A stretch of DNA of 64,000 nt, from contig OY761158.1 in the NCBI GenBank assembly GCA_963664405.1, forward strand, positions 2,336,001-2,400,000, written 5' to 3'. Of this stretch, positions 16,743-26,910 are shown piece by piece. The number at the start of each line of letters is the position of its first letter. Positions within the stretch are counted from its first letter, which is position 1. The notes under the pieces are model-generated. The model saw nothing but the letters and a program-made list of their open reading frames with translations, was not told where the DNA came from and did not search any database. Made by a program: the position numbers and the translations under genes. The stretch comes from Thermoanaerobaculia bacterium. Lineage in GTDB: Bacteria > Acidobacteriota > Thermoanaerobaculia > Multivoradales > Multivoraceae.

Positions 16743-17567
16743 ATGAAGCGAAGAACTCTACCCAGGGCACTGCTCACCACTGTCGCGATCGCCTTCGCGC
16801 TGACTCTCTGTATGAGAGGGCTCGAGGTCGGAGGAAGCGCCGAAGCAGCCACGATGAAACAAGAGCTCTACGAGCTCCGTGCCTACCGGGTCGCCGACGC
16901 CGGAAAGCAGGGAATCCTCCTTCGCTACCTCGAAAAGGGGCTCGTTCCGGCTCTCAACCGTGCCGGTATCGATCGCGTCGGAGTCTTCACCTCTGTCGAG
17001 GATCCCGAAGCGGATACCGAGGATCTCTCGGTCTACATGATCCTCCCTTTCGCGAGCGCTGACGCCTTCGTCGGGATACGCGGAAAGCTGGCGGCAGACA
17101 CCCAAAACACCGATGCGGCGGCCGAGTACTACGCCCAGCCCAAGGAGGCACCGATGTACACGCGGGTCGAGAACTGGCTGATGAAGGCTTTCGTCGGAAT
17201 GCCGGTTATGGAGCTGCCCAAGGAGGCGGCGGCCGGCGAGCCTCGCATCTATGAGGTCAGGATCTACGAGAGTTATAACAGCGAGATGGCGCGACTCAAG
17301 GTCGAGATGTTCAATAGCGGCGAGATCGAAGTCATGCGAGAGGTCGGACTGGCTCCGCTCCTCTATGGTGAGACTCTGACCGGGAACAATCTCCCCAATT
17401 TGATCTATATCCTCTCAGCGCCCGACATGAAATCGCACCAGGAGCATTGGAAGGCCTTCGGGCCTCACCCCGAATGGCAGCGCCTACGCGGAATGGAGAA
17501 ATACAAGGGGACAGTCTCGAAAATCGTCAACTTCTTCATCGAACCTACCGACTTCTCTCAGATCTGA
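16743..17567 (+). CDS. NIPSNAP family protein (two domains, exported)
   Basis: YELRAY and YEVRIYES repeats, KVEMFNSGEI, PNLIY, WKAF..HPEW, PTDFSQI. Confidence 0.85.
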   Translation: MKRRTLPRALLTTVAIAFALTLCMRGLEVGGSAEAATMKQELYELRAYRVADAGKQGILLRYLEKGLVPALNRAGIDRVGVFTSVEDPEADTEDLSVYMILPFASADAFVGIRGKLAADTQNTDAAAEYYAQPKEAPMYTRVENWLMKAFVGMPVMELPKEAAAGEPRIYEVRIYESYNSEMARLKVEMFNSGEIEVMREVGLAPLLYGETLTGNNLPNLIYILSAPDMKSHQEHWKAFGPHPEWQRLRGMEKYKGTVSKIVNFFIEPTDFSQI

Positions 17568-18406
17568 TGCCGCAGCTCGACGTTCTTCTCGACGGGCTCA
17601 CCTTTCCCGAGGGGCCGCGCTGGCACCAGAATCGCCTCTTCTTCTCCGACTTCTTCAGCCACCGAGTGGTGGCGGTAGACCAGTCGGGCGTGAGTGAGAC
17701 GATCTGCGAAGTTCCCAACCAGCCCTCGGGGCTGGGGTGGCTTCCCGACGGCAGGATGTTGGTGGTCTCGATGCTCGATCGGCGACTCATGCGCCTGGAC
17801 GGCGACGATCTCGTCGAGGCGGCGGACCTATCTGGGCTGGCGCCATTTACTTGCAACGACATGGTTGTCGACGCGGAAGGCCGGGCTTACGTCGGGAACT
17901 TCGGCTTCGATCTTTTTGCCGGGGAGGAGCCTTGCACCACCTGTCTCATCCGCGTTGATCCGGACGGGACGGCCAAGATCGTCGCTAACGATGTGTTCTT
18001 CCCGAACGGCTCGGTGATCACGCCCGACGGCACCACTCTGATCGTCGGCGAGAGTCGAGGGCAGCGTCTCAGCGCCTGGGAAGTGAGCGCGAACGGCGAT
18101 CTCGAAAAGCGAAGATTGTGGGCGGATCTGGGACAGAACATACCCGACGGCATATGTCTCGACGCCGAAGGGTGTGTATGGTCGGCGGACCCCCACCATA
18201 ACGAAGTGATCCGCGTCCGAGAAGGCGGAGAGGTCTTGCAGCGCGTCTCCACCGACCGAGGCGCCTACGCCTGCATGTTGGGGGGCGAGAATCGCAAGAC
18301 CCTCTTCGTGTGCACCAGCAAGCACTCCGGACCCGAAGCCGCCAAGCAGCTCAGTGGCCGCATCGAGTACTGCCGAGTCGAAGTGCCCGGCGCCGGCCTC
18401 CCCTGA
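17567..18406 (+). CDS. SMP-30/gluconolactonase/LRE family protein
   Basis: FPEGPRW, PSGLGWLPDG, NDMVVD, FPNGSVITPDG, PDGICLDAEG; TGATG overlap. Confidence 0.9.
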   Translation: MPQLDVLLDGLTFPEGPRWHQNRLFFSDFFSHRVVAVDQSGVSETICEVPNQPSGLGWLPDGRMLVVSMLDRRLMRLDGDDLVEAADLSGLAPFTCNDMVVDAEGRAYVGNFGFDLFAGEEPCTTCLIRVDPDGTAKIVANDVFFPNGSVITPDGTTLIVGESRGQRLSAWEVSANGDLEKRRLWADLGQNIPDGICLDAEGCVWSADPHHNEVIRVREGGEVLQRVSTDRGAYACMLGGENRKTLFVCTSKHSGPEAAKQLSGRIEYCRVEVPGAGLP

Positions 18407-18455
18407 GGCGATCTGCTTCGACGGTCGGTGGCGCAAGGCCGGCCTCTTTCTGTGA

Positions 18456-19294
18456 CTAACCAAGGGCGTCTACTTGGTGTAAGTGGATGTCGGTTTGGGG
18501 GTAAGGAATCGAGCATCCGGCTGCCTCGAGGCCCTCTTTGACGCGGCGGTGGAGGTCGCAACGGAGTGACCAGTAGTCTTGCCTTCGGCACCAGGGGCGC
18601 GCCAAGAGATTCACCGAAGAATCGGCGAGCTCGCTGACCACCACGCTCGGAGCCGGCTCAGCCAATACCCGATCATCGTCTGCGAGGGTGCGCTCCAGGA
18701 AGCGAATCGCCTCACCGAAATCATCCGTATATGAGATGCCGACCGTGAGGTCGAGACGGCGGGTGGGGTTGATCGAGTAATTCTTCACCGTCTTCCCATA
18801 GATCAGCGAGTTGGGCGCCACAACTCGTATGTTGTCCGAGGTATTCAGCGACGACAAGAAGATCCCGACCTCTTCAACGGTGCCACTCACTCCGCCTGCT
18901 TCGATAAAGTCGCCTACTTTGAAGGGGCGAAAGACGAGGAGCATGATCCCTGAGGCGAAATTCGACAGCGTGCCCTGAAGCGCCAGGCCCACTGCGAAGC
19001 TCCCGGCTCCGAGGACAGCGACGATCGACGTCGTCTCGATACCGAAGACGCCAAGCACCGCAAGGACGACGAAGATCAACGTCGCCCAATAGACCAGGCT
19101 TGTAACAAAGATCTCGAGCGTCTGGTCGAGTCGGTTCGCTGGAACAGGCGGCGGAGGCTCCGCCGAACCGCGGCGGCGAATACCCAACCTCCCACCAATA
19201 GGGCCGCCGCGGCTGCCACGCGGAGGCCCCAGTAGGTGAGTAGCTCACGACTGTTGGTGAGTACCGAGGCAAGATCGAGCGTATTGCTTTCCAT
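18456..19294 (-). pseudogene. mscS: Small-conductance mechanosensitive channel, frameshifted near 19133
   Basis: N-terminus MESNTLDL... in one frame; GLALQGTLSNFASG, RPFKVGDFI and IPYPQ in another. Confidence 0.85.
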
Positions 19295-19455
19295 TCTCTT
19301 CTCCTTGTTGACTGAGGACCCGCGCACCCAAACCTTGTCGACTAAGAAGGCGCTGGGGTCGTTTTTGGAAGACTCATGGGAATCTCGCCAGGTAACTTGC
19401 TCCCCGTTGGCAGGTGGGATAGAAAGCGAGAGCCCTAGATCGGGAAGACCCTCCC

Positions 19456-21558
19456 ATGACAGCAACGATCACCAAGCCCATCTTTAGCAGCCTTGCCGCT
19501 CTGGTAATGGCCTTGGCGATGAGCTCGCAGCTGCCGGCACAGTTTCCCGACCGACACGTCGACCTCGCCACGCTCTCGACTGACAGCGGTTCTCTTCTGC
19601 GAGCGCACGGATACACCTCGACAGGGGCGAGCGGCGTTCCGGTCGCGGGGGGTGTCGACCTCGACGGAGACGGTTTCCAAGACACGGCCTTCGCGGCGAT
19701 GCGTGCGTCTCCCTTCGGTCGTAACGAGGCGGGCGAGATCTATGCGGTCTTCGGCGACGGAACGCTCAGCGGCGCCCTCGACACCGCGGTGCCCCAGAAG
19801 CGGGTCCTGAGAATCGCCGGCAGCGCGAGTCACGAGAACGCCGGTAGCGAGTTATGGATGGAAGACGTCACCGGGGACGGGCTTGGCGACCTGCTGATCT
19901 GTCGTCAGAATCTCACCCCATCGGGGCGCACGGGCGCCGGCGGGTTGACCGTCCTGGTGGGAGGCTCCTGGATGCGCGAGCACGCGAACACACTCCAGCT
20001 TCTCGACCTCGACTCGCCTCCCGCCGCCGCGGTGATAACCACTGTGCTCGGCAGCGCCATACGCGAGCGCCTTGGAATCTGGGCTCGCACCGGAGATGTG
20101 ACCGGCGACGGCCTCGCCGACATCCTAGTCGGAGCCGATCAGTACGGGACCAGCCACAGTGGCGCCGCCTACCTGATTCGCGGCGGGCCACACCTGGCCG
20201 GTGGCGGCGTGTTGGACCTGGCCGATTTCGGTAATGGTGGACTGCCAGCCGCCTTCGCCGGTACCGTCGCTCGCATCCTCCCGCCGGCGGACTCGGATGA
20301 GTTTCACTTCGGAGCCACTGTGCAGATAGCGGACCTCGACGGCAACGGACGCGCCGAAGTTCTAGTTGCAGCGGCGTTGAACCGAGCAGGTGCCGCCTTA
20401 GCGCCACTCGGCGACACCTTCGCCCACGCCAGCGGCGGCTCGGCCAAAGGAACCCTCTATATCGGTTGGGATGAAGCTTTCGAGGGGAACTGGGAGGAAG
20501 GCTTCACCCGGACCATCAACGAGCCCCCAACGCTCGCTACCGTCATAGTCGGCGGAATCAGCAACAGGTCCTTCTCGGAAGAGATCCTCGGGGGACTCGA
20601 CTATGACTCGAACGGTACGGCGGATCTCTTTGTCGGAGACATCGTCGGCAACGGTCCCAACGGGCCCAATTCAGGCCTCGGATACGTCTTCTTCGACGCC
20701 GCAGATCTCCGTGGAAAGCTCTTCAGTGTCGACAACCCCCCAGAGGGGGTCGTCATGAGCACGATTTACGGACCAGGCGCAGGAACGATAAGCAGCGACA
20801 CCGCCGCCCACGGCGACTTCGACGGAGACGAGATCGCCGACCTGGCTATCGCCTCGCCTCACCACCATCCACTCGGACGCATCAGTGCCGGCACTGTTCA
20901 TATCCTCTCCGGCAAGGCCGGCGGCTGGCCCGCGATCATCGACCTGGCGGTCGGTGCCCTACCGCCTACGGCGCTGCTCAGCATCACCGAGATCGACGGT
21001 GCCAAGGGCACAAGCGGCAGTAGCCGCGGCGACACTCTGGCCTACTCGGCGGCCGCCGGCGACCTCGATGGCGACGGCTGCATGGACCTCATCATCAACG
21101 AGATGTTGGGGAATGGCGTTGCGCCCTCGGCGGTAGACGTCGGCAACCTGATCGTGGTCGGAGGAGAAGCTCTCGGCTGTATGCCGCCTCCCGGCGGCGG
21201 GGAGCCCTGTGTTGCCGGCGCGCACACCTTGTGTCTCAACGAAGACAGATTTCGAGTCGAGGTCGACTGGCGAGACTTCGCTCTGCGTGAGGGGCCGGGC
21301 AGAACCGTCCCCTTCGGATCCAACGACTCGGGCCTCTTCGAGTTCTTCCACGTAGGGAATTGGGAGATGCTCATCAAGGTCCTGGACGGCTGTACGATCA
21401 ACAATCACTTCTGGGTCTTCTTCGCTGCCGCCACCAACGTCGAGTTCACGGTGACGGTCACCGACACCGAGTCGGGCGACGTTCGGACCTACTTCAACCC
21501 GCTAGGCAGGGTTGCTGAAGCGGTTACCGAGACGGCGGCGTTTGCGACATGCCCTTGA
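19456..21558 (+). CDS. Secreted FG-GAP repeat protein with Cys-bounded C-terminal domain
   Basis: Signal peptide; repeated D-x-D/T-G-D-G-x-x-D loops; C-terminus LCLNEDRFRVEVDW...KVLDGC...FWVF...TNVEF...AFATCP. Confidence 0.85.
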   Translation: MTATITKPIFSSLAALVMALAMSSQLPAQFPDRHVDLATLSTDSGSLLRAHGYTSTGASGVPVAGGVDLDGDGFQDTAFAAMRASPFGRNEAGEIYAVFGDGTLSGALDTAVPQKRVLRIAGSASHENAGSELWMEDVTGDGLGDLLICRQNLTPSGRTGAGGLTVLVGGSWMREHANTLQLLDLDSPPAAAVITTVLGSAIRERLGIWARTGDVTGDGLADILVGADQYGTSHSGAAYLIRGGPHLAGGGVLDLADFGNGGLPAAFAGTVARILPPADSDEFHFGATVQIADLDGNGRAEVLVAAALNRAGAALAPLGDTFAHASGGSAKGTLYIGWDEAFEGNWEEGFTRTINEPPTLATVIVGGISNRSFSEEILGGLDYDSNGTADLFVGDIVGNGPNGPNSGLGYVFFDAADLRGKLFSVDNPPEGVVMSTIYGPGAGTISSDTAAHGDFDGDEIADLAIASPHHHPLGRISAGTVHILSGKAGGWPAIIDLAVGALPPTALLSITEIDGAKGTSGSSRGDTLAYSAAAGDLDGDGCMDLIINEMLGNGVAPSAVDVGNLIVVGGEALGCMPPPGGGEPCVAGAHTLCLNEDRFRVEVDWRDFALREGPGRTVPFGSNDSGLFEFFHVGNWEMLIKVLDGCTINNHFWVFFAAATNVEFTVTVTDTESGDVRTYFNPLGRVAEAVTETAAFATCP

Positions 21559-23704
21559 GGTGGCCTTTGATCCCCAGCTCTAGTGCAACGTACCCCAAGC
21601 TCCTCAGCGCCTCCAGCTCCGGCCCGACTAGCTCGCTGGTCTCGTCGGTGAGCCCGAGTCGCTCTCTGATCTCGGCGTGGGCGATGCGCAGCTCTTCGAG
21701 ACGCGACTTCGCCATCGCGATCGACGCGTCGTCGACGGCGCGGGGCGCTCGCTCCAGCGGGTCCTCTTCGAGCGAGAAGAGCTCGCGCTCATCCGTCGTC
21801 AACGCTTCGATATATTTGAGGCCATCGACTACCACCGAGTGCCGCTCTCCGTAGTAGAGCACCCCTGAGCCGAGAATCGGAGCGGACGCCAGCTCTTCGG
21901 TGATCTCGCCGCGGAGGAACGGCACCAGACTCGGCGAAGTAAAAATCCTATCCTCGCCGGCGACTCCGGCCAGCTCGAGCAAAGTCGGAGTCAGGCTCTC
22001 TGTCGACACGTCGACATCGATCCGACGCCCAGGAGCCGAAACCTGTGCCCGACTCCCTCTCGGCAACTTGAAGATCAACGGTACCCGGACCAGCTCCTCG
22101 TAGAGAGTATGGCCATGTTCGACGCTGCCATGTTCCCAGAACTCCTCCCCGTGGTCGCTGGTCACGACGATCAGGCTATCGTCCCACAGACCCTGGTCAC
22201 GCACCGCGTCGAGCACCTCACCGAGGCTCGCATCTACGAACCGGGTCTCCGCCTCGTAGAGCCGCCGGACCCAGGCCTTCTCCTCTTCGTCGAGGCGCAA
22301 TTGGCCGGCGCGCACTTGACGCCAAGCGTCGAAGCGGGCCCCGACACCGGGATCGAGCTCTTGGGGCAGATACTCCGTTGGGGGCTCGTAGGGTTGATGG
22401 GGATCGAAGTAGTGGAGCCAGACCAGCAGTGACTCGTCGCCACGGCGTGTCTTGATCGCCTGGATCGCGAGCCTGGTGAGGTGGCGCGTCGAGCCGTCCC
22501 GCGGCACGCCGAGGACATGCAGCAGGAGCGATCCGAAGGAGAGCACCCGGAACTCGAAGAAGGGAAAGAAAAGATACTCGTCAAAGCCCTGCGCGATGTT
22601 CGAGCTGGGCATGAGGTGGGGATTGGTTCCCACTCCGACCGTACGATAGCCAGCCTCCTGTAGGGCCTCCGAGAAGGTGGTCACGCGATCAGGCAGGGTC
22701 GAGACCGGACGCACAACACCGTGGACAAGAGGAGAGAGCCCGGTGAAGAGCGACGACATCGAGGATCGGGTCCAAGGCCCCGGAGACCGCGCCCTTGAGA
22801 AAGCAATGCCCTCCTGCGACAGCCGGTCTAGGTTCGGAGTCAAGGCCATCCCGTCGCGCCGGGCGCCGACAACGTCGTGGCGGAGGGTGTCGATGGTGAT
22901 CAGAAGGATGAGGGCTGGCCGGTCCGTCGCCGGCGAGCCACGCCCTGCCAACGCCGCGCTTGCCAAGGGCTGCAGTAGCGGCGAGAGGAGGAGCACAATT
23001 GCGGCGCCGGCCGGAACGGCGATGGGAACTCTTTCCTTCCCGGAAACGGAGCGCCGCCTCGCCCAAGACCCGCCTGCTGCCAAGGACAGCAACCAGACCC
23101 CGACAAGGAACGAACCGACTAGCCACGATTCGTCCCAGCCGGGTCTGCTCCGCCACGCCGAAAGTAGGAGCACGGCCTCCGCGCTCAGCAGTGCCGCCAC
23201 CACTAACTTGGTGTCGTCGAGGAGCCACCGAGCCTGGGCACGATAGATCGACAGCGCACTCGCCCCACCGGCGAACAGCACCAACGCGACGAGAGCTGTG
23301 CTGAGCACCCAGAGCGACGTCGAGTCCCCGGACTCCACCAGCGACTCATGGGCCGCCCGTTCCTGAAGAGCCGTGGGAACTGCGATCGAGACGAGGACCG
23401 CCATTATTCCCAAGCCACCTCCTGCAGCGCGTCGCAGAGACTCGGATCGTCGACGCAGAGAGGCTTGGGTAGCGACAAAGAGACCACCGACGACGACCAG
23501 AGCCCCTGCAAGTCCCACTGCGAGCGACACCGAAGTGGCTTTCCCGCCCTGCAAGTCGCCAATCGTCAGAAAGAGACTCACTGCCACGTTGCAGCAGGCT
23601 GCCACCAGGCAATAGCAAAGAAGGGGCGAAAGCCTCATCCGCCGCCATCCTATCCGCCTCAGCCGCCACGCCCTCCAAACTGTTACCCACGTACTCGGCT
23701 CCAT
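21524..23704 (-). CDS. Membrane-anchored sulfatase-like (alkaline phosphatase superfamily) protein
   Basis: Multi-TM N-terminus; ITIDTLR, WTRSSMSSLFTG, HYFDPHQPY, TSDHGEEF..HG..HG, LRSLGY. Confidence 0.85.
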   Translation of the reverse strand: MEPSTWVTVWRAWRLRRIGWRRMRLSPLLCYCLVAACCNVAVSLFLTIGDLQGGKATSVSLAVGLAGALVVVGGLFVATQASLRRRSESLRRAAGGGLGIMAVLVSIAVPTALQERAAHESLVESGDSTSLWVLSTALVALVLFAGGASALSIYRAQARWLLDDTKLVVAALLSAEAVLLLSAWRSRPGWDESWLVGSFLVGVWLLSLAAGGSWARRRSVSGKERVPIAVPAGAAIVLLLSPLLQPLASAALAGRGSPATDRPALILLITIDTLRHDVVGARRDGMALTPNLDRLSQEGIAFSRARSPGPWTRSSMSSLFTGLSPLVHGVVRPVSTLPDRVTTFSEALQEAGYRTVGVGTNPHLMPSSNIAQGFDEYLFFPFFEFRVLSFGSLLLHVLGVPRDGSTRHLTRLAIQAIKTRRGDESLLVWLHYFDPHQPYEPPTEYLPQELDPGVGARFDAWRQVRAGQLRLDEEEKAWVRRLYEAETRFVDASLGEVLDAVRDQGLWDDSLIVVTSDHGEEFWEHGSVEHGHTLYEELVRVPLIFKLPRGSRAQVSAPGRRIDVDVSTESLTPTLLELAGVAGEDRIFTSPSLVPFLRGEITEELASAPILGSGVLYYGERHSVVVDGLKYIEALTTDERELFSLEEDPLERAPRAVDDASIAMAKSRLEELRIAHAEIRERLGLTDETSELVGPELEALRSLGYVALELGIKGHLKGMSQTPPSR

Positions 23705-23776
23705 CTGAATCTGTACTTGTTTCGGCCTCGGTGCAAAGATTGACTTTGCAGCCAGACAGCCGAAAGGAAGGAAACG

Positions 23777-24184
23777 ATGAGAATCCCGTTATTTCAGGTC
23801 GATACCTTCAGCTCAAAGCCGTTCAGTGGCAACCCGGCGGCGGTCTGCCCTCTAACCGAGTGGTTGGCCGATGACCTCATGCAGTCGATCGCACTGGAGA
23901 ACAATCTCTCGGAGACCGCCTTCTTCATGCCGAAAGAAGACGGCTATCACCTGCGTTGGTTCACTCCCGTAACCGAAGTCGCCCTCTGCGGCCACGCTAC
24001 AGTGGCCGCCGCCCACTGCACCCTGGCTCCCTACTGGGTCGGCCAATTGGGACGCAACCTTCTACAGGCGCGCCAGATCTCGTCCCGCGGCGGGGACCTC
24101 CTCGTCGAATCGGCCGGCGACAGAGTCCGGATCACTGGAGCCTGTGTCGACTACCTCGAGGGCAGCCTGCACCTGCAAGGGTGA
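23777..24184 (+). pseudogene. PhzF family protein with large in-frame internal deletion
   Basis: GNPAAVC, NLSETAF and WFTP..EV.LCGHAT joined directly to AHCTLAPYW...SSRGG; only 135 aa. Confidence 0.8.
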
Positions 24185-24194
24185 GCGCGACCGG

Positions 24195-24953
24195 CTAGCT
24201 CACGATCCTGCCGTCCGACAGCTGGACGACCTTCTTGGTGTGCTCTGCGATCTCGCTTTCGTGGGTTACGACGATCACGGTCGTGCCCGCCACCGACAGC
24301 TCATCGAAGAGCCGCATGATGTCCTCGGCGGTCTTCGAATCGAGATTGCCCGTCGGCTCGTCCGCCAGCAGGATCGAGGGAGCGTTGACGAGAGCTCTGG
24401 CGATCGCCACACGCTGGCGCTGCCCACCTGAGAGCTCATTCGGCCGGTGACCGACTCGATCCGCAAGGCCCACTCGCTCGAGCGCCTCGGTGGCGCGTCG
24501 ACGCCGCTCCTGCAACTTGAGGTCGCTGTATTCGAGTGGGACCTCGACATTACTCCGTGCATCAAGCCTCGGCAGAAGGTTGAAGCTCTGAAAAACGAAA
24601 CCGATCGCCTCGTTGCGCAAGGCGGAAAGAGTGTCATCTTCGAGGTCGTGAACCGGCAAACCGCCGAGTCTGTAGCTTCCCTCCGTCGGGGTATCGAGGC
24701 AGCCGATGATGTTCATCAGCGTCGATTTTCCGCTACCCGAGGTGCCGGAGATGGCTACGTAGTCACCCGACGCCAGCTCCAAGTCGATCCCATCGAGCGC
24801 GCGTATCTCGCTGCCACCGACTCGATAGACCTTATGGATATCCCGCAGCTCGATGAGCGTCTCGCTCACGCCTTCGGGAACGGCGAGACGATCCGGCAAG
24901 ATTGCCGATCCGGCGCTCGGTCTGCTCATTTCGCTACTCATAACGGAGGGCAT
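24195..24953 (-). CDS. ABC transporter ATP-binding protein (LolD/MacB type; start uncertain)
   Basis: GTSGSGKST, IGFVFQSFNL, LSGGQRQRV, LADEPTGNLD, VTHE. Confidence 0.9.
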   Translation of the reverse strand: MPSVMSSEMSRPSAGSAILPDRLAVPEGVSETLIELRDIHKVYRVGGSEIRALDGIDLELASGDYVAISGTSGSGKSTLMNIIGCLDTPTEGSYRLGGLPVHDLEDDTLSALRNEAIGFVFQSFNLLPRLDARSNVEVPLEYSDLKLQERRRRATEALERVGLADRVGHRPNELSGGQRQRVAIARALVNAPSILLADEPTGNLDSKTAEDIMRLFDELSVAGTTVIVVTHESEIAEHTKKVVQLSDGRIVS

Positions 24954-25104
24954 CGATCGGATCGACCCATCTCGATGAGTCCCGGGTCGATGTCCCGCCC
25001 GCGGCAAGAGGGCCATAATAGAGAGCTTGGCAAGTGCCGTACCATTCTCCTACCAAGCTACGGGCATACTGATATGACCGCCTAGAACCTCGTGGAGGAG
25101 ACGC

Positions 25105-25425
25105 ATGAAAGTAATCGCGGACATCTGTGTAGTTCCCATCGGTGTGGGAGTGTCGGTGTCGCGCTATATAGCGGTCTGCGAGACCGTACTGGAGGAAGCC
25201 GGTCTGAGGCCGCGACTCCACGCCTACGGCACCAATGTCGAAGGAGAGTGGGAAGAGGTGTTCGCGGCAATCAAGGCTTGTCACGAAAGGGTCCACGAGA
25301 TGGGGGCACCGCGGATCTCTTCGACTCTGCGCTTCGGCACCCGCATCGATCGTGACCAGACCCTGGAGGAGAAGGTTCGCAGCGTCGAGGAGAGGTTAGG
25401 GCAAGATTCACCTCGATTGCCGTGA
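25105..25425 (+). CDS. MTH1187/thiamine-binding family protein
   Basis: VVPIGVGVSVSRYI, HAYGTNVEGEW, GAPRI, GTRIDR; RBS GGAGGAG. Confidence 0.88.
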   Translation: MKVIADICVVPIGVGVSVSRYIAVCETVLEEAGLRPRLHAYGTNVEGEWEEVFAAIKACHERVHEMGAPRISSTLRFGTRIDRDQTLEEKVRSVEERLGQDSPRLP

Positions 25426-26908
25426 GCAGGGCACGCCGGTCAGCCGGTAAAGCAAGAAATCGTCGCCACTGACCAGCTCTTCGAACTGCGCGCCGAAGAC
25501 CGAGTCTGCCGGTCTCAGCTCGCGCGGCCTCGAGTGCCTAACGAGGAAGAAGCATGCCCCCCATTCTCGCAAGTGGCGGCCTAGAGCCTCGGAGTCCTCG
25601 AGTACGGCCAGGACCCGCGAGAAGCGATTCGGCCCCCGCCAATCGCCCAAAAACCGGCCGTCGGCGTAGTAGCGAAGGTTCTCTGCAAAGAGCCCGTAGA
25701 CGGTGTAGTCGCTGCCCTCGAGATCGTTCATTGCCGCGATTGCGGCGTAGCCGGGAAGCTGCCGCTCCAAGTAGTTGCTGCGCTGGGCACCGCTGACAGG
25801 TACTCCTCCCCGCTCAAAGATCTTGTAGCCGGCATAGAGAGGCCCGGGGGCCACGAGAAGCAGGGTCGAGAGCGGAAGGGCAAACTTCCGAAGCCAGCTC
25901 TTTCGAGCGAAGGGCGCTATGACCCCGACTTCCGGCAATTTGACCAGTGTCGCGGCAAGAACGACATTCAGAACCGGCAGCACGGTAACCAGATACCGTA
26001 TATCGCGGCCCACGGCAAGCCAGAAAAGGGCGTAGGCCGCCACCAGCACCACTAGGCCTCGTGTCCGCCGGTCGAGTAGGGCGAACGGGGCACAGAGAGG
26101 TATCAGGAACAGATAAGCCGGCGAGAGCGGCGCCGACCAGTTGTACTCACCGCGATCGAAGACCGCGGTAAATGGCACAAGAGCCAAGTGAGGAAGACCG
26201 CGGACGATCCTGGAGATGTGATTCTCCGCGACCTGACGCACAGCCTCGGAGCCGGAGCTGGTAGTGACCGCGGCCACAATCTGTTCGCCCTCTGTACTTC
26301 CCCATGCACTGGTTCCGAACAGGGGCGTGTAGAACGGGAATACCGGATTGCCGGTATGGTAGACGATCCACAGGTACCAAGGCGCCAGGCCGACGAGCGC
26401 AGTGATCGTGAAGTACCCGATCGGCTTCAGGTCGCGGGCCTTCGAGGCCCGAATCGCGATCATCAGCCAGAAGGCAGCGAGAAAGAACAGACCCAAGTAC
26501 TTGGCACCCGCGCCCAGACCGGCAAAGGCGCCGGCGAGACACAACCAACGTGGATCAGCCGTACGCGCCCAGCGCTCCCAAGCGTTCAGAGCGGCGGTCA
26601 CGAAGAGAGCGAGCGTGATGTCGATATACGCGCTGGTCCCGAGCGACACGACAAGCGGATTGCCCAGCCACAGCGCGGCGGCCAAAACCCCAGCCCCACG
26701 ACCGTAGAACCGGCCCCAGTCCAGCAGCAAGCCCGCGGTCAGAAGCATCGCGAGCCCGATAAGGCCCCATCCGAGCGTACCCGCTAGGGGCCCACCGGTA
26801 TCGGTCCCGATCGATCGACACGGACCGAAGAGCGGCTTCGCCAAAGATCCACGCGCTGGTCGCGATCGCTAGGGCGCTGGCGAAGTGGGATGCCAGAAAG
26901 AAGAGCAC
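25408..26908 (-). pseudogene. GT-C (ArnT/PMT-like) membrane glycosyltransferase, frameshifted near 26815
   Basis: Many TM segments, AYID, GAKY.G, TGNPVFPF, RYL; the N-terminal hydrophobic segment lies in a different frame. Confidence 0.6.
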
Positions 26909-26910
26909 TA

